A stretch of 24,084 nucleotides of DNA from IMG/VR virus record IMGVR_UViG_3300026187_000090, positions 1-24,084 of that record; one strand, 5' to 3'. Source of the DNA: a virus. Lineage: Duplodnaviria > Caudoviricetes. Made by a program: the position numbers and the translations under genes. Under the pieces are notes generated by a model. That model saw only the letters and a list, made by a program, of their open reading frames with translations, was not told the DNA's origin and did not search any database. This document shows, one piece after another, positions 7,612 through 16,156 of this stretch (positions are counted from its first letter, which is position 1; every line of letters starts with the position of its first letter).

Positions 7612-8074
7612 AGGCGTTGTATGCTTCAAATAAACCAAACAAACAGTATTGTTTAATTAGATTAATCAATAAATCAAACAAGATAATTGATTACCAAAAG
7701 TCTAATAAAATCAACACTTTTGTGTATCAGGATTATATTAAATAGTAACCAAATAATCCTGTGGCAGTCAAAAGTTTTTTAGAATTATTCTAAAGTAATA
7801 CCGCCTAAAGCCTTAAGCCAAGAGGATTACAGTAGAATCTTGTAGGGTTATATGCATAGCCTGCAGAATTATATGTAACTTCATGGCGTTATACAGCTTG
7901 AACCTCCCTGGCCTATGGCCTTAGGGGTAGGTTGGCTATAGGCTATGGGGGTATGACCCCCTTTTGCTGCCTGGCGGCCTTGACCAAACGCAGATTTGGG
8001 CAAACAAAAATTATTTCGATACCGAAATACGCCAATCAAAACTTATTTTACAACCGAGCCAAACGTTTTGGTTC
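7612..8074 (+). ncRNA. candidate structured non-coding RNA or structured cis element, family unknown
   Basis: No + strand ORF; about 12 back-to-back hairpins, many needing G-U pairs on the + strand; central part visibly GC-richer than the rest of the window. Confidence 0.55.
7947..7965 (+). terminator. possible intrinsic terminator within the structured region
   Basis: GGGGGT-ATG-ACCCCC followed by TTTT. Confidence 0.4.
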
Positions 8075-8100
8075 ATCTTAATGTTTAGGAATAACACAAT

Positions 8101-9699
8101 ATGTCAATTAAATATAAAAACAGCTCTATAGTTAAGTCTACAGAAGCTGCCAAAGGCCCAGGATATCCTAATGATGAATATCTGAGTCAAGTAAACGAAT
8201 GGAAACGAAACAGAGCAATTATTCAAGGCCCATCATATACTAAAGATTATGATACTGTGCCTTCAAGTGATAATTTATTACTTCCGTTTAATCCCACAAT
8301 GACGCAAGAGCAATATGATTTTTACAAAGCTGAAGCTGAGGTACCAGGTGTATCTAGTGAATTTTGTAAAATGATAATAGGTGGTTTATTAAGAAAACAA
8401 CCTTTGCTAGAAATTACTGGGGCTCCAGAAGGAGCTAAGCAATGGATATTAGATGATATAGGATCTGATAAAAGTAATCTTATATCATTTTTAAGCACTG
8501 CTTTATGGGAAGAATTACAAACATCAAGAGCATTTATTCAAATAGATTTTCCTGTTGTAGATTTAGAAAGTTTAACACCTTCTGAAAGAAAAGAAGTTAA
8601 ACCTTATCCTATATTACATCATGCTGAAAATATTGTTAATTGGTCTGTTGATACTGATTATAAAGGTCAAGTAAAATTAAATAGAATAATTACCAGATAT
8701 TTTACACTTGAAGACCATCTAAATAGTCCGTTTCATCCAAAATATGTTGATACTGTACAAGTTCACAAATTAGATGAAAAGGGTTTATATGTAATTGACA
8801 CATATTATAGAAATACATCTGATACACCTTCATTTATTGATGGTGGAATTGATTATGCATTTGATCAATTAACAGATGATTGGATTTTAAAAAATACTAA
8901 TACAAATTTATTTCAAAATGGTAAAAGAATGGATTATATACCATTTTTTGCATTAAATGGTTCAATTGATACAGTTGACCCTTTAATGACTGCTATTGTA
9001 AATAGAGAAATTGCTTTATATAATAAGATTTCAAGAAGAAACCATTTATTATATTTAAGTGCAACCTATACTCCAGTTGTTAAATCTGATTCATTAACTG
9101 ATACAGAAAAAAATGATTTAGTAAAACAAGGATTAGGTACTTGGTTATTTGTTAATAAAGATGATACTGTTGAAACATTACAAACACCAACTAATGCTTT
9201 AAAAGATATGGAAGAAGCTATTAAAGGTGGATATGATGAATTAACTAGAATTGGTGTTAAAATGTTAAGTTTAGAACCTAATAATTCTGATCAATCTGGT
9301 GTTGCCTTAAGCCTAAGAAATGCTGCACAAAATGCGGCACTTGCAAGCTTAAATGCAAAAATATCTGAAAGCATGAAAAAAATTATAAAACATCTTATAA
9401 ATTGGAGATATGATGTTAATATATCTGAACAAGATATAAGATTTAATTTATCATCTGACTTTAATGCTACTCCAAGAGGAAGTGATTGGATGAGATTAAT
9501 TACTGAATGGTATCAAAATGGATTAATTCCAAGATCAACATTCTTAGAAGTTGCTAAAAATAATGATGCAATTCCTACAGATTATGATGACACTATTGGA
9601 AATGATGAAATATCTCAAGACAATCGTATTATTTCTCCAAGAGAGCAATATGAACAAGAAATAAACGTTATTCAAGGTAATACTAATACCGAGAATTAA
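8101..9699 (+). CDS. portal protein (DUF4055/SPP1-like type)
   Basis: 532 aa after terL; YLSQVNEW, EQYDFYKAEA, AENIVNW, MDYIPF, SGVALSLR, GLIPRSTFLE pattern typical of this portal type. Confidence 0.85.
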   Translation: MSIKYKNSSIVKSTEAAKGPGYPNDEYLSQVNEWKRNRAIIQGPSYTKDYDTVPSSDNLLLPFNPTMTQEQYDFYKAEAEVPGVSSEFCKMIIGGLLRKQPLLEITGAPEGAKQWILDDIGSDKSNLISFLSTALWEELQTSRAFIQIDFPVVDLESLTPSERKEVKPYPILHHAENIVNWSVDTDYKGQVKLNRIITRYFTLEDHLNSPFHPKYVDTVQVHKLDEKGLYVIDTYYRNTSDTPSFIDGGIDYAFDQLTDDWILKNTNTNLFQNGKRMDYIPFFALNGSIDTVDPLMTAIVNREIALYNKISRRNHLLYLSATYTPVVKSDSLTDTEKNDLVKQGLGTWLFVNKDDTVETLQTPTNALKDMEEAIKGGYDELTRIGVKMLSLEPNNSDQSGVALSLRNAAQNAALASLNAKISESMKKIIKHLINWRYDVNISEQDIRFNLSSDFNATPRGSDWMRLITEWYQNGLIPRSTFLEVAKNNDAIPTDYDDTIGNDEISQDNRIISPREQYEQEINVIQGNTNTEN

Positions 9700-9714
9700 T
9701 GAAAGGGGGATGCT

Positions 9715-9801
9715 ATGAAATGGCGTCACTTTAATTCATTAATCTTAATTTTAATGCTCCTTTTTGCTTTATGGCAAGGGGGGCATTTTAATGGGTTATG
9801 A
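9715..9801 (+). CDS. 28-aa membrane peptide (MKWRHFNSLILILMLLFALWQGGHFNGL)
   Basis: Hand-translated; AAGGGGG RBS; ATGA overlap with next gene. Confidence 0.6.
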   Translation: MKWRHFNSLILILMLLFALWQGGHFNGL

Positions 9802-10022
9802 AAGGATTCAAATGCACAATGATTAATAATGATACTGTAGTGACTGCTAGTTTATTTGGGATAACAGCAGGCATAACTACGCAATCTGTATTTGCTATAA
9901 TAGTTGGGGCGATAGCCGTTGGGGTTGTCCAACCATTTTTTAGAGTATTATGGACTAAAAAACTAAACCAAATTAAAAATAATAAATGTCCTTCTTGTAA
10001 AAGAAGAAGGAAACGAAGATAA
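9798..10022 (+). CDS. small membrane protein, possible holin
   Basis: One or two hydrophobic segments and a very basic C-terminus CPSCKRRRKRR. Confidence 0.55.
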   Translation: MKGFKCTMINNDTVVTASLFGITAGITTQSVFAIIVGAIAVGVVQPFFRVLWTKKLNQIKNNKCPSCKRRRKRR

Positions 10023-10210
10023 TGAAACGTCAGCATAATACAGCTTTAATAGCTTTATTGGGAACAATACTTTTAGGGTTGTCAACTTATGTATTAATGA
10101 CAATAGTAGAATTACAAGTTCACTTAGGAATGTTAAGTGAAGAAATAATGTCGATTGATAAACAAATTGGAAGAATTTACAATCACATAGATAGATTAAC
10201 ATCAAAATAA
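10022..10210 (+). CDS. membrane-anchored coiled-coil protein
   Basis: TM helix ALIALLGTILLGLSTYVLM then heptads; TAATG coupling. Confidence 0.7.
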   Translation: MKRQHNTALIALLGTILLGLSTYVLMTIVELQVHLGMLSEEIMSIDKQIGRIYNHIDRLTSK

Positions 10211-10222
10211 AATATTAAATAA

Positions 10223-10306
10223 ATGAAATATATATTGTATACAAGTTTAGCAATATACTTAATGTCAATAACTGTACTTGCTGTTGAAGCATACTCAGTT
10301 TTATAA
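10223..10306 (+). CDS. 27-aa hydrophobic peptide (MKYILYTSLAIYLMSITVLAVEAYSVL)
   Basis: Hand-translated; fills gap before nrdA; no clear RBS. Confidence 0.45.
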   Translation: MKYILYTSLAIYLMSITVLAVEAYSVL

Positions 10307-10321
10307 AAGGATAATGAATAT

Positions 10322-12076
10322 ATGATAGTAGAAGATAGAGATAATTTACTCACAGATTTTGGTAAAACAACATTAAAAGATAGATATTTATTACCAGAAG
10401 AAAATAGCCCACAAGAATCATTTTTAAGAGCAGCAAAAGCTTTCTCTGATAATGATGAAATGGCACAAAGAATTTATGATTATGCATCTAAACTATGGTT
10501 TATGTATTCAACACCTATATTAAGTAATGGTGGCACAGAGCGGGGTATGCCAATATCTTGTTTTTTAAATTATGTCGGAGATAGTAGAGAGGGTTTAACT
10601 GAACATTATACAGAAAATGCTTGGTTAACATCTATTGGTGGTGGTATTGGTGGTTATTGGGGTCATATTAGATCTGATGGAACTAAAACATCTGGTGGAT
10701 CTCAATCTTCGGGATCTATACCCTTTTTAAAAGTTGTAGATTCAGAAATTATGGCATTTAGTCAAGGCAAAACTAGAAGAGGTAGTTATGCAGCATATAT
10801 GGATATATCACATCCAGAAATATTAGAATTTTTAGATATAAGAAAACCATCAGGTGGAGATATACATAGAAAATGTTTAAATCTTCATCATGGAATAAAC
10901 ATTACTAATAATTTTATGGAATTAATTGAAAAATGTATTAAAGAACCAACATACGATGATACCTGGAATTTAATTGATCCACATACAAAAGAAATAGTTA
11001 AAAAAGTTTCAGCTAGAGATTTGTGGCAAAAAATACTTGAAAATAGAGTAGCCACTGGTGAGCCGTATATTTGTTATATTGATCATATTAATGATGGATT
11101 ACCTGAACAACAAAAGAAATTAGGTTTATCAGTTAAACATTCAAATTTATGTACTGAAATTACATTACCAACTGATGAAGATCGAACAGCTGTTTGTTGT
11201 TTATCAAGTGTTAATTTAGAAAAGTATGACGAATGGAAAGATGATAAATTATTTATTTCTGATCTTGTTAGATTCTTAGATAATGTATTACAAAGTTTTA
11301 TAGATAATGCTCCTGATAGTGTATTTAAAGCTAAGAATAGTGCTATACAGGAAAGATCTATTGGACTTGGCGCAATGGGTTTTCATGCTTATTTACAAAA
11401 AAATAATATTGCATTTGAATCTGCTATAGCAAAAGCTAAAAATAAAATAATTTTTAAACACATTAAAGATGAAGCAGTAAAAGAATCAAAAAGATTAGCT
11501 ATAAAAAGAGGTGAAGCTCCGGACATGGAAGGTACTGGAATGAGAAATGCTCATTTACTTGCCATTGCCCCTAATGCTTCAAGCTCAATTATTTGTGGAA
11601 CAACTTCTCCAAGTATTGAACCATATAGAGCTAATGCATATGTTCAAAAAACTATGTCAGGTTCTTTTCTTGTTAAAAATAAATATTTAGAACAATTGTT
11701 GGAAACAAAAGGTATAAATAATGAAAAAACATGGACTTCAATTCTTGCTAATCGTGGTTCAGTTTTACATTTAAAAGATTTATCAGATTATGAAAAAGAT
11801 GTATTTAAAACTTCGATTGAAATTAACCAACAATGGATAATTGACCATGCTGCTGATAGACAAGAATATATTTGTCAAGGTCAATCATTAAATGTTTTTG
11901 TACCAGCTGATGTAAATGTAAAAGAATTACATGATATTCATATGTTAGCATGGAAAAGAAAATTAAAAACATTATATTATTGTAGATCTGAAGCAATTAA
12001 ACGTGCTGAATTAGTAAGTTTGAAAGTTGAAAGAACAATAATACCTGAAGCAGACTGTTTGGCTTGTGAGGGATAA
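10322..12076 (+). CDS. nrdA: class I ribonucleotide reductase alpha subunit, lacking ATP cone
   Basis: STPILSN, PISCFL, GGGIG, SNLCTEI (thiyl Cys), AIAPNASSS, KTLYYCR, C-terminal CLAC. Confidence 0.96.
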   Translation: MIVEDRDNLLTDFGKTTLKDRYLLPEENSPQESFLRAAKAFSDNDEMAQRIYDYASKLWFMYSTPILSNGGTERGMPISCFLNYVGDSREGLTEHYTENAWLTSIGGGIGGYWGHIRSDGTKTSGGSQSSGSIPFLKVVDSEIMAFSQGKTRRGSYAAYMDISHPEILEFLDIRKPSGGDIHRKCLNLHHGINITNNFMELIEKCIKEPTYDDTWNLIDPHTKEIVKKVSARDLWQKILENRVATGEPYICYIDHINDGLPEQQKKLGLSVKHSNLCTEITLPTDEDRTAVCCLSSVNLEKYDEWKDDKLFISDLVRFLDNVLQSFIDNAPDSVFKAKNSAIQERSIGLGAMGFHAYLQKNNIAFESAIAKAKNKIIFKHIKDEAVKESKRLAIKRGEAPDMEGTGMRNAHLLAIAPNASSSIICGTTSPSIEPYRANAYVQKTMSGSFLVKNKYLEQLLETKGINNEKTWTSILANRGSVLHLKDLSDYEKDVFKTSIEINQQWIIDHAADRQEYICQGQSLNVFVPADVNVKELHDIHMLAWKRKLKTLYYCRSEAIKRAELVSLKVERTIIPEADCLACEG

Positions 12077-12195
12077 TGAAAAAATTAATTAAAAGTTGGG
12101 GTTGGACTAATATAATTTTAGCTATTTTATTAGGTGGATACATAAGTTATGTATTTATATTAGCCCTAGCCAACACAATATGTGATTGTATATGA
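12076..12195 (+). CDS. 39-aa membrane peptide ending ICDCI
   Basis: Hand-translated MKKLIKSWGWTNIILAILLGGYISYVFILALANTICDCI; TAATG and ATGA overlaps on either side. Confidence 0.6.
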   Translation: MKKLIKSWGWTNIILAILLGGYISYVFILALANTICDCI

Positions 12196-12317
12196 AAAAG
12201 AAATTAACAGTAAATCAAAAATGGCGTCAACTGAAAAAACAAACAGAAGATGCCGGTATGGAAGTAAAAGAAGAAAACGGTAAAATAATTGTTACCAGAA
12301 AAAGAAAAAGGAAATAA
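12192..12317 (+). CDS. 41-aa basic protein (MKKKLTVNQKWRQLKKQTEDAGMEVKEENGKIIVTRKRKRK)
   Basis: Hand-translated; ATGA overlap upstream; stop abuts nrdB start. Confidence 0.6.
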   Translation: MKKKLTVNQKWRQLKKQTEDAGMEVKEENGKIIVTRKRKRK

Positions 12318-13271
12318 ATGAGCTTATTTAAAACTAGAAATTATTATAAGCCTTTCGATTATGAATGGGCGTTTGAAGCATATGATACTATGCAGAAGAT
12401 GCATTGGCTTCCTAGTGAAGTTCCTTTACATGAAGATGTAAGAGATTGGAATGAAAGATTAACACAAGAGGAAAAAAATTTAATTAGTCAAATATTAAAA
12501 TTTTTTACTCAAGGAGATGTAGATATAGCTCAAGCTTATTTAGATAAGTATATACCTCAATTTAAACCGCCTGAAGTAAGAATGATGTTAAGTTCTTTTG
12601 CATCTTCTGAAGCTAATCATGCACATAGTTATTCTTTATTGAATGATACTATTGGGGAAACACAATTAACTAATTTTCAAGCTTTTCAAGAATATAAAGA
12701 AATGTCAGATAAACATGAATATTTATTTAAATCAAAAGGCAAAGGTGTAGAAGGTTTAATAAAAGATATTGCTTGTTTTTCTGCATTTGGAGAAGGTTTA
12801 CAATTATTTGCATCATTTGTTATGCTTTTAAATTTTCAAAGATTTGGAAGAATGAAAGGTATGTGTCAAATAGTTACTTGGTCAATTAGGGATGAAACTC
12901 ATCATGTTGAAAGTATGATTAAATTATTTCATCAATTAATAAAAGAAAACCCAAGCGTATGGACTGATAAATTTAAAGCTGATTTATATCAACAATGCAG
13001 AGATATGGTAGAATTAGAAGATAAATTTATTGATTTAGCTTTTCAAATGGGTGGAATTCGTGGATTAACATCCGATGAAGTGAAAAAGTATATAAGATAT
13101 ATTGCAGATAGAAGATTATTGCAATTATCTTTAAAAACAAATTATAAAGTTAAAGACAATCCTTTAAGTTGGCTAGATTGGGTTCTAAATGGAGTTGAAC
13201 ACACAAATTTCTTTGAAAATAGAGCTACTGAATATAATAAAGGCTCTATGACTGGAAATTTATGGGGATAA
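12318..13271 (+). CDS. nrdB: class I ribonucleotide reductase beta subunit
   Basis: HWLPSEV, FFTQGD, EANHAHSY, EGLQLFASF, RDETHH metal ligands, NFFENRATEY. Confidence 0.96.
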   Translation: MSLFKTRNYYKPFDYEWAFEAYDTMQKMHWLPSEVPLHEDVRDWNERLTQEEKNLISQILKFFTQGDVDIAQAYLDKYIPQFKPPEVRMMLSSFASSEANHAHSYSLLNDTIGETQLTNFQAFQEYKEMSDKHEYLFKSKGKGVEGLIKDIACFSAFGEGLQLFASFVMLLNFQRFGRMKGMCQIVTWSIRDETHHVESMIKLFHQLIKENPSVWTDKFKADLYQQCRDMVELEDKFIDLAFQMGGIRGLTSDEVKKYIRYIADRRLLQLSLKTNYKVKDNPLSWLDWVLNGVEHTNFFENRATEYNKGSMTGNLWG

Positions 13272-13272
13272 A

Positions 13273-13491
13273 ATGAAATTTATATTAACTATGTATATTT
13301 GTTCTGCAATTGCTCAACAATGCAGTCCAGGTATATTAAAACCAACAGAATATAAAGATTGGAATGATTGTTTACAAAATGGGTATTCAGAATCTCAAAT
13401 GATATTTAATAATTATACAATTGAAGAAATAAATAAATATCAAATATTAACAAAATTTACATGTATTGAAAAACTTAGTAAAGGAGCTTAA
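13273..13491 (+). CDS. hypothetical Cys-containing exported protein
   Basis: Hydrophobic N-terminus MKFILTMYICS; 4 Cys. Confidence 0.7.
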   Translation: MKFILTMYICSAIAQQCSPGILKPTEYKDWNDCLQNGYSESQMIFNNYTIEEINKYQILTKFTCIEKLSKGA

Positions 13492-13493
13492 TT

Positions 13494-13763
13494 ATGGCTG
13501 AATATAGGGGTCGAAAAGTAACTTTAAATAAACCAATGCGTGGTGATGTAAAAAAATTTAAAGTTTATGTGAGAAACCCGAAAGGTAATGTTGTAAAAGT
13601 TAATTTTGGTCATGGCGGAACATCAGCTAAAGCTTTAGGTCAGAAAACTATGAAAATAAGAAAAAATAATCCTAAAGCTAGAGCAAGTTTTAGAGCAAGA
13701 CATAATTGTTCTAGTCCTGGGCCTAAAACAAAAGCAAGATATTGGTCTTGTAAAATGTGGTAA
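13494..13763 (+). CDS. basic phage protein of unknown function
   Basis: KKFKVYV...KVNFG...ARASFRARHNC...ARYWSCKMW, a pattern I recall from many viral hypothetical proteins; AAGGAG RBS. Confidence 0.8.
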   Translation: MAEYRGRKVTLNKPMRGDVKKFKVYVRNPKGNVVKVNFGHGGTSAKALGQKTMKIRKNNPKARASFRARHNCSSPGPKTKARYWSCKMW

Positions 13764-13774
13764 AGGAAATAAAT

Positions 13775-13900
13775 ATGTCTTATAAAATAAAAAGTGGTAA
13801 AAGTAAGAAAAAGGGATCTAACGGTTTAACAGCTAAACAAATGAAGCTTCCAAAAGCTTTAAGAGATAAAATTATTGCTGATAAAAAACGAGGTAAATAA
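13775..13900 (+). CDS. 41-aa Lys-rich protein (MSYKIKSGKSKKKGSNGLTAKQMKLPKALRDKIIADKKRGK)
   Basis: Hand-translated; AAGGA RBS. Confidence 0.7.
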   Translation: MSYKIKSGKSKKKGSNGLTAKQMKLPKALRDKIIADKKRGK

Positions 13901-13901
13901 A

Positions 13902-14000
13902 ATGGCTTACAAAAAGAAAAAGGGGACAGCAGGAAAAGCATGTTGGAAAGGTTATCGAAGAGGTAAGGGTAATTCTTGTATTAAAATAAAAAAGAGGTAA
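13902..14000 (+). CDS. 32-aa basic protein with CWKGY motif (MAYKKKKGTAGKACWKGYRRGKGNSCIKIKKR)
   Basis: Hand-translated; GAGGT RBS. Confidence 0.7.
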   Translation: MAYKKKKGTAGKACWKGYRRGKGNSCIKIKKR

Positions 14001-14004
14001 TACC

Positions 14005-14085
14005 ATGAATAAACCAAGATGTTGTTGTCAAGTAAGGGCACAAAGAAAAAGAAAAATAACAATAAGAAGAAAAAGAAGAAGATAA
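14005..14085 (+). CDS. 26-aa protamine-like peptide (MNKPRCCCQVRAQRKRKITIRRKRRR)
   Basis: Hand-translated; GAGGT RBS; ends 1 nt before the next ATG. Confidence 0.6.
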   Translation: MNKPRCCCQVRAQRKRKITIRRKRRR

Positions 14086-14086
14086 T

Positions 14087-14314
14087 ATGATAATACAAAA
14101 TAAACAAGAAGAGAATAGAACAATAACTATTAATGATAAAAAATATTATGAAAAAGATTTAAACGAAAAAATAAGAAATAGTTTAATTTCTTTATCATCA
14201 CAAAAAAATAATAAATTAAAATTAGAAATTGATATTAATAATTGTGAAATTTTAATAAATTATCATTCTAAAATAGTTGATGAAGAACTTGCTAAGATTA
14301 AATCTATTGATTAA
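14087..14314 (+). CDS. hypothetical protein (possibly DUF6447-like)
   Basis: TITINDKKYYEKDL followed by a coiled coil. Confidence 0.65.
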   Translation: MIIQNKQEENRTITINDKKYYEKDLNEKIRNSLISLSSQKNNKLKLEIDINNCEILINYHSKIVDEELAKIKSID

Positions 14315-14331
14315 ATAAAGGTTATTAAATA

Positions 14332-16146
14332 ATGAGTGTAAATGATGATATATTATCTAGAGAGCTGAAACACCGTGCTCTATTAAGTCTTTACGAAAAG
14401 AAACTAGATAATGATTTAACAAAAATCATGTCATCCCATAAAAAACGATTAGTATCTTCTACATTAAAAAACGGTAATAAAAATGTAAACGCTTTAAACC
14501 GTGCTTTAAGATTAGAAACTCGTAAAACATATCGTAAAATATACAAAGATGGGATTTCAGAACTTAAGGCTTTAGCTAATACTAGTTCTAAATTTCATAA
14601 TAATACTTTAAAAGAAAGTTTAGGTAAAATTTACAGAAGTAAAGTATATTCTGGGTTGAAAGTTAATGATTTAATAATTAATTCAGCAGGAACTTACTCA
14701 CAACAAATAGCGTCTATTAGTTTATCTCAACAAAGACGTATAAAAGATATTATAAAAAAGGGGATGATGGAAAACTTGGCTGTTAATCAAATAGCTAAAA
14801 ATGTCGGTAATTCAATTGACTTACCATCAGCTCAATTAAAAACATTAACTAGAACTGCTATAACTGAAACATCAACTTCTATATCAAATGCAACATATAA
14901 GTTAAATGAAGATGTTATAGATGGTTATCAATATGTAGCAACCTTAGATGCTAGGACTTCATTAATTTGTGGAAGATTAGATGGCAAGGTTTTTAGATTA
15001 GATGATAAAAGAGGTATAAGACCACCGCAACATTTTAACTGTAGATCCACAACTGTTCCTATTGTTAAATCCTATGAAGATTTAAGAGATACAAAAAGCT
15101 CTAGGATTAGTAAAAGAAGATTGAGCAGGGTATCTAAAAGTAAAAGGGCATCTTTAAACGGTCAAGTACCTTCTGAAACTAATTTTGCTAAATTTTTATC
15201 AGAACAAGATTATGATTTTAAATTAGCTGTATTAGGTGATAAACGTAGAGTTGAAATATTTAATACCGGTAAGTTAAAATTTAATCAATTTAGCACAAAA
15301 GACGGAAGATTAGTATCTATTAGTAAATTAGAAGAGTTATTAAATGGTGCTAAAACTAAACCACCTACAGTTACTACCGAGTTACCTAAGATAGTTGTTA
15401 AAAATAAATCTTCTAATATAGAGATTGGTTACTTATTAAACAGAGGTTCTGCTAAATTAAGAAAAAGTTATGATGATGATTTTAATTCACAACTTAATGA
15501 TCAACAGAAGACTATTGTTAATAAATTAGATAAACCTAAAGACATTAGGAATAGTAAAAATGGTGTCTATTACGCTCAAAGCCAAAGGCTACAAGCCGAA
15601 TTAAATGCTAGAGATGGTAGTAAATACTCTAAAAAATCTGTTAAAAGTTATGTGATAGCTCATGAATACGGTCATCATATTGATTATGTATCTAATAATA
15701 GTAGATTTATATCTTGGTCTGAAAGTAATCAAGCCTTTAAAGATGCTATTATAAAAGATAGAAAATTATTTTTCGGGAGTAGTAAGTTTGCTGCTTTTGA
15801 TAAAATTTTAAAAAAACTTGCTAATAAAAAAACTGTAGAAATATATAGTAAATACGATAAGACAAGAGTTATTGCTAAAACACAAATAACAGATTTAAGA
15901 GGTAATGGTTTTGGCGAGGTGTCTGATATTGTAGATGCTTTAGCTAGAGGTTCTTTTAGAAGAGACTATAATATGTATGGTCATAGTATTAGTTATTGGA
16001 AAAGACCTGGTGCTATAGAGAAAGAAATATTTGCTAACTTATTTGCAACTAGGCATGATAAAAAAGCTTATGAATTAGTTAAGAGCATAATACCAAACAC
16101 AGTTAAAGAGTTTGAGAAAAGACTTTTGGAATTAGAGAAATTATAA
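14332..16146 (+). CDS. head morphogenesis protein (MuF/SPP1 gp7) with C-terminal zincin-like domain
   Basis: YQYVATLDARTSLICGRLDG...PPQHFNCRS (MuF); Pro/Thr linker near 15361; HEYGHH at 15661-15678; EIFAN at 16024. Confidence 0.88.
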   Translation: MSVNDDILSRELKHRALLSLYEKKLDNDLTKIMSSHKKRLVSSTLKNGNKNVNALNRALRLETRKTYRKIYKDGISELKALANTSSKFHNNTLKESLGKIYRSKVYSGLKVNDLIINSAGTYSQQIASISLSQQRRIKDIIKKGMMENLAVNQIAKNVGNSIDLPSAQLKTLTRTAITETSTSISNATYKLNEDVIDGYQYVATLDARTSLICGRLDGKVFRLDDKRGIRPPQHFNCRSTTVPIVKSYEDLRDTKSSRISKRRLSRVSKSKRASLNGQVPSETNFAKFLSEQDYDFKLAVLGDKRRVEIFNTGKLKFNQFSTKDGRLVSISKLEELLNGAKTKPPTVTTELPKIVVKNKSSNIEIGYLLNRGSAKLRKSYDDDFNSQLNDQQKTIVNKLDKPKDIRNSKNGVYYAQSQRLQAELNARDGSKYSKKSVKSYVIAHEYGHHIDYVSNNSRFISWSESNQAFKDAIIKDRKLFFGSSKFAAFDKILKKLANKKTVEIYSKYDKTRVIAKTQITDLRGNGFGEVSDIVDALARGSFRRDYNMYGHSISYWKRPGAIEKEIFANLFATRHDKKAYELVKSIIPNTVKEFEKRLLELEKL

Positions 16147-16156
16147 GGTTAAGGAA

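Noticed and set aside
7610-8100. tRNA, tmRNA, RNase P RNA, hammerhead ribozyme, intron or CRISPR array in the intergenic region
   Set aside because: No cloverleaf/TTCGA arm with acceptor stem, no CTGATGA core, no repeat-spacer periodicity; terL and portal both appear complete
2313-13271. Inteins or introns in RNAP, terL, nrdA or nrdB
   Set aside because: Proteins are normal or short in length with contiguous motifs; the nrdA-nrdB gap holds two micro-ORFs and no homing endonuclease
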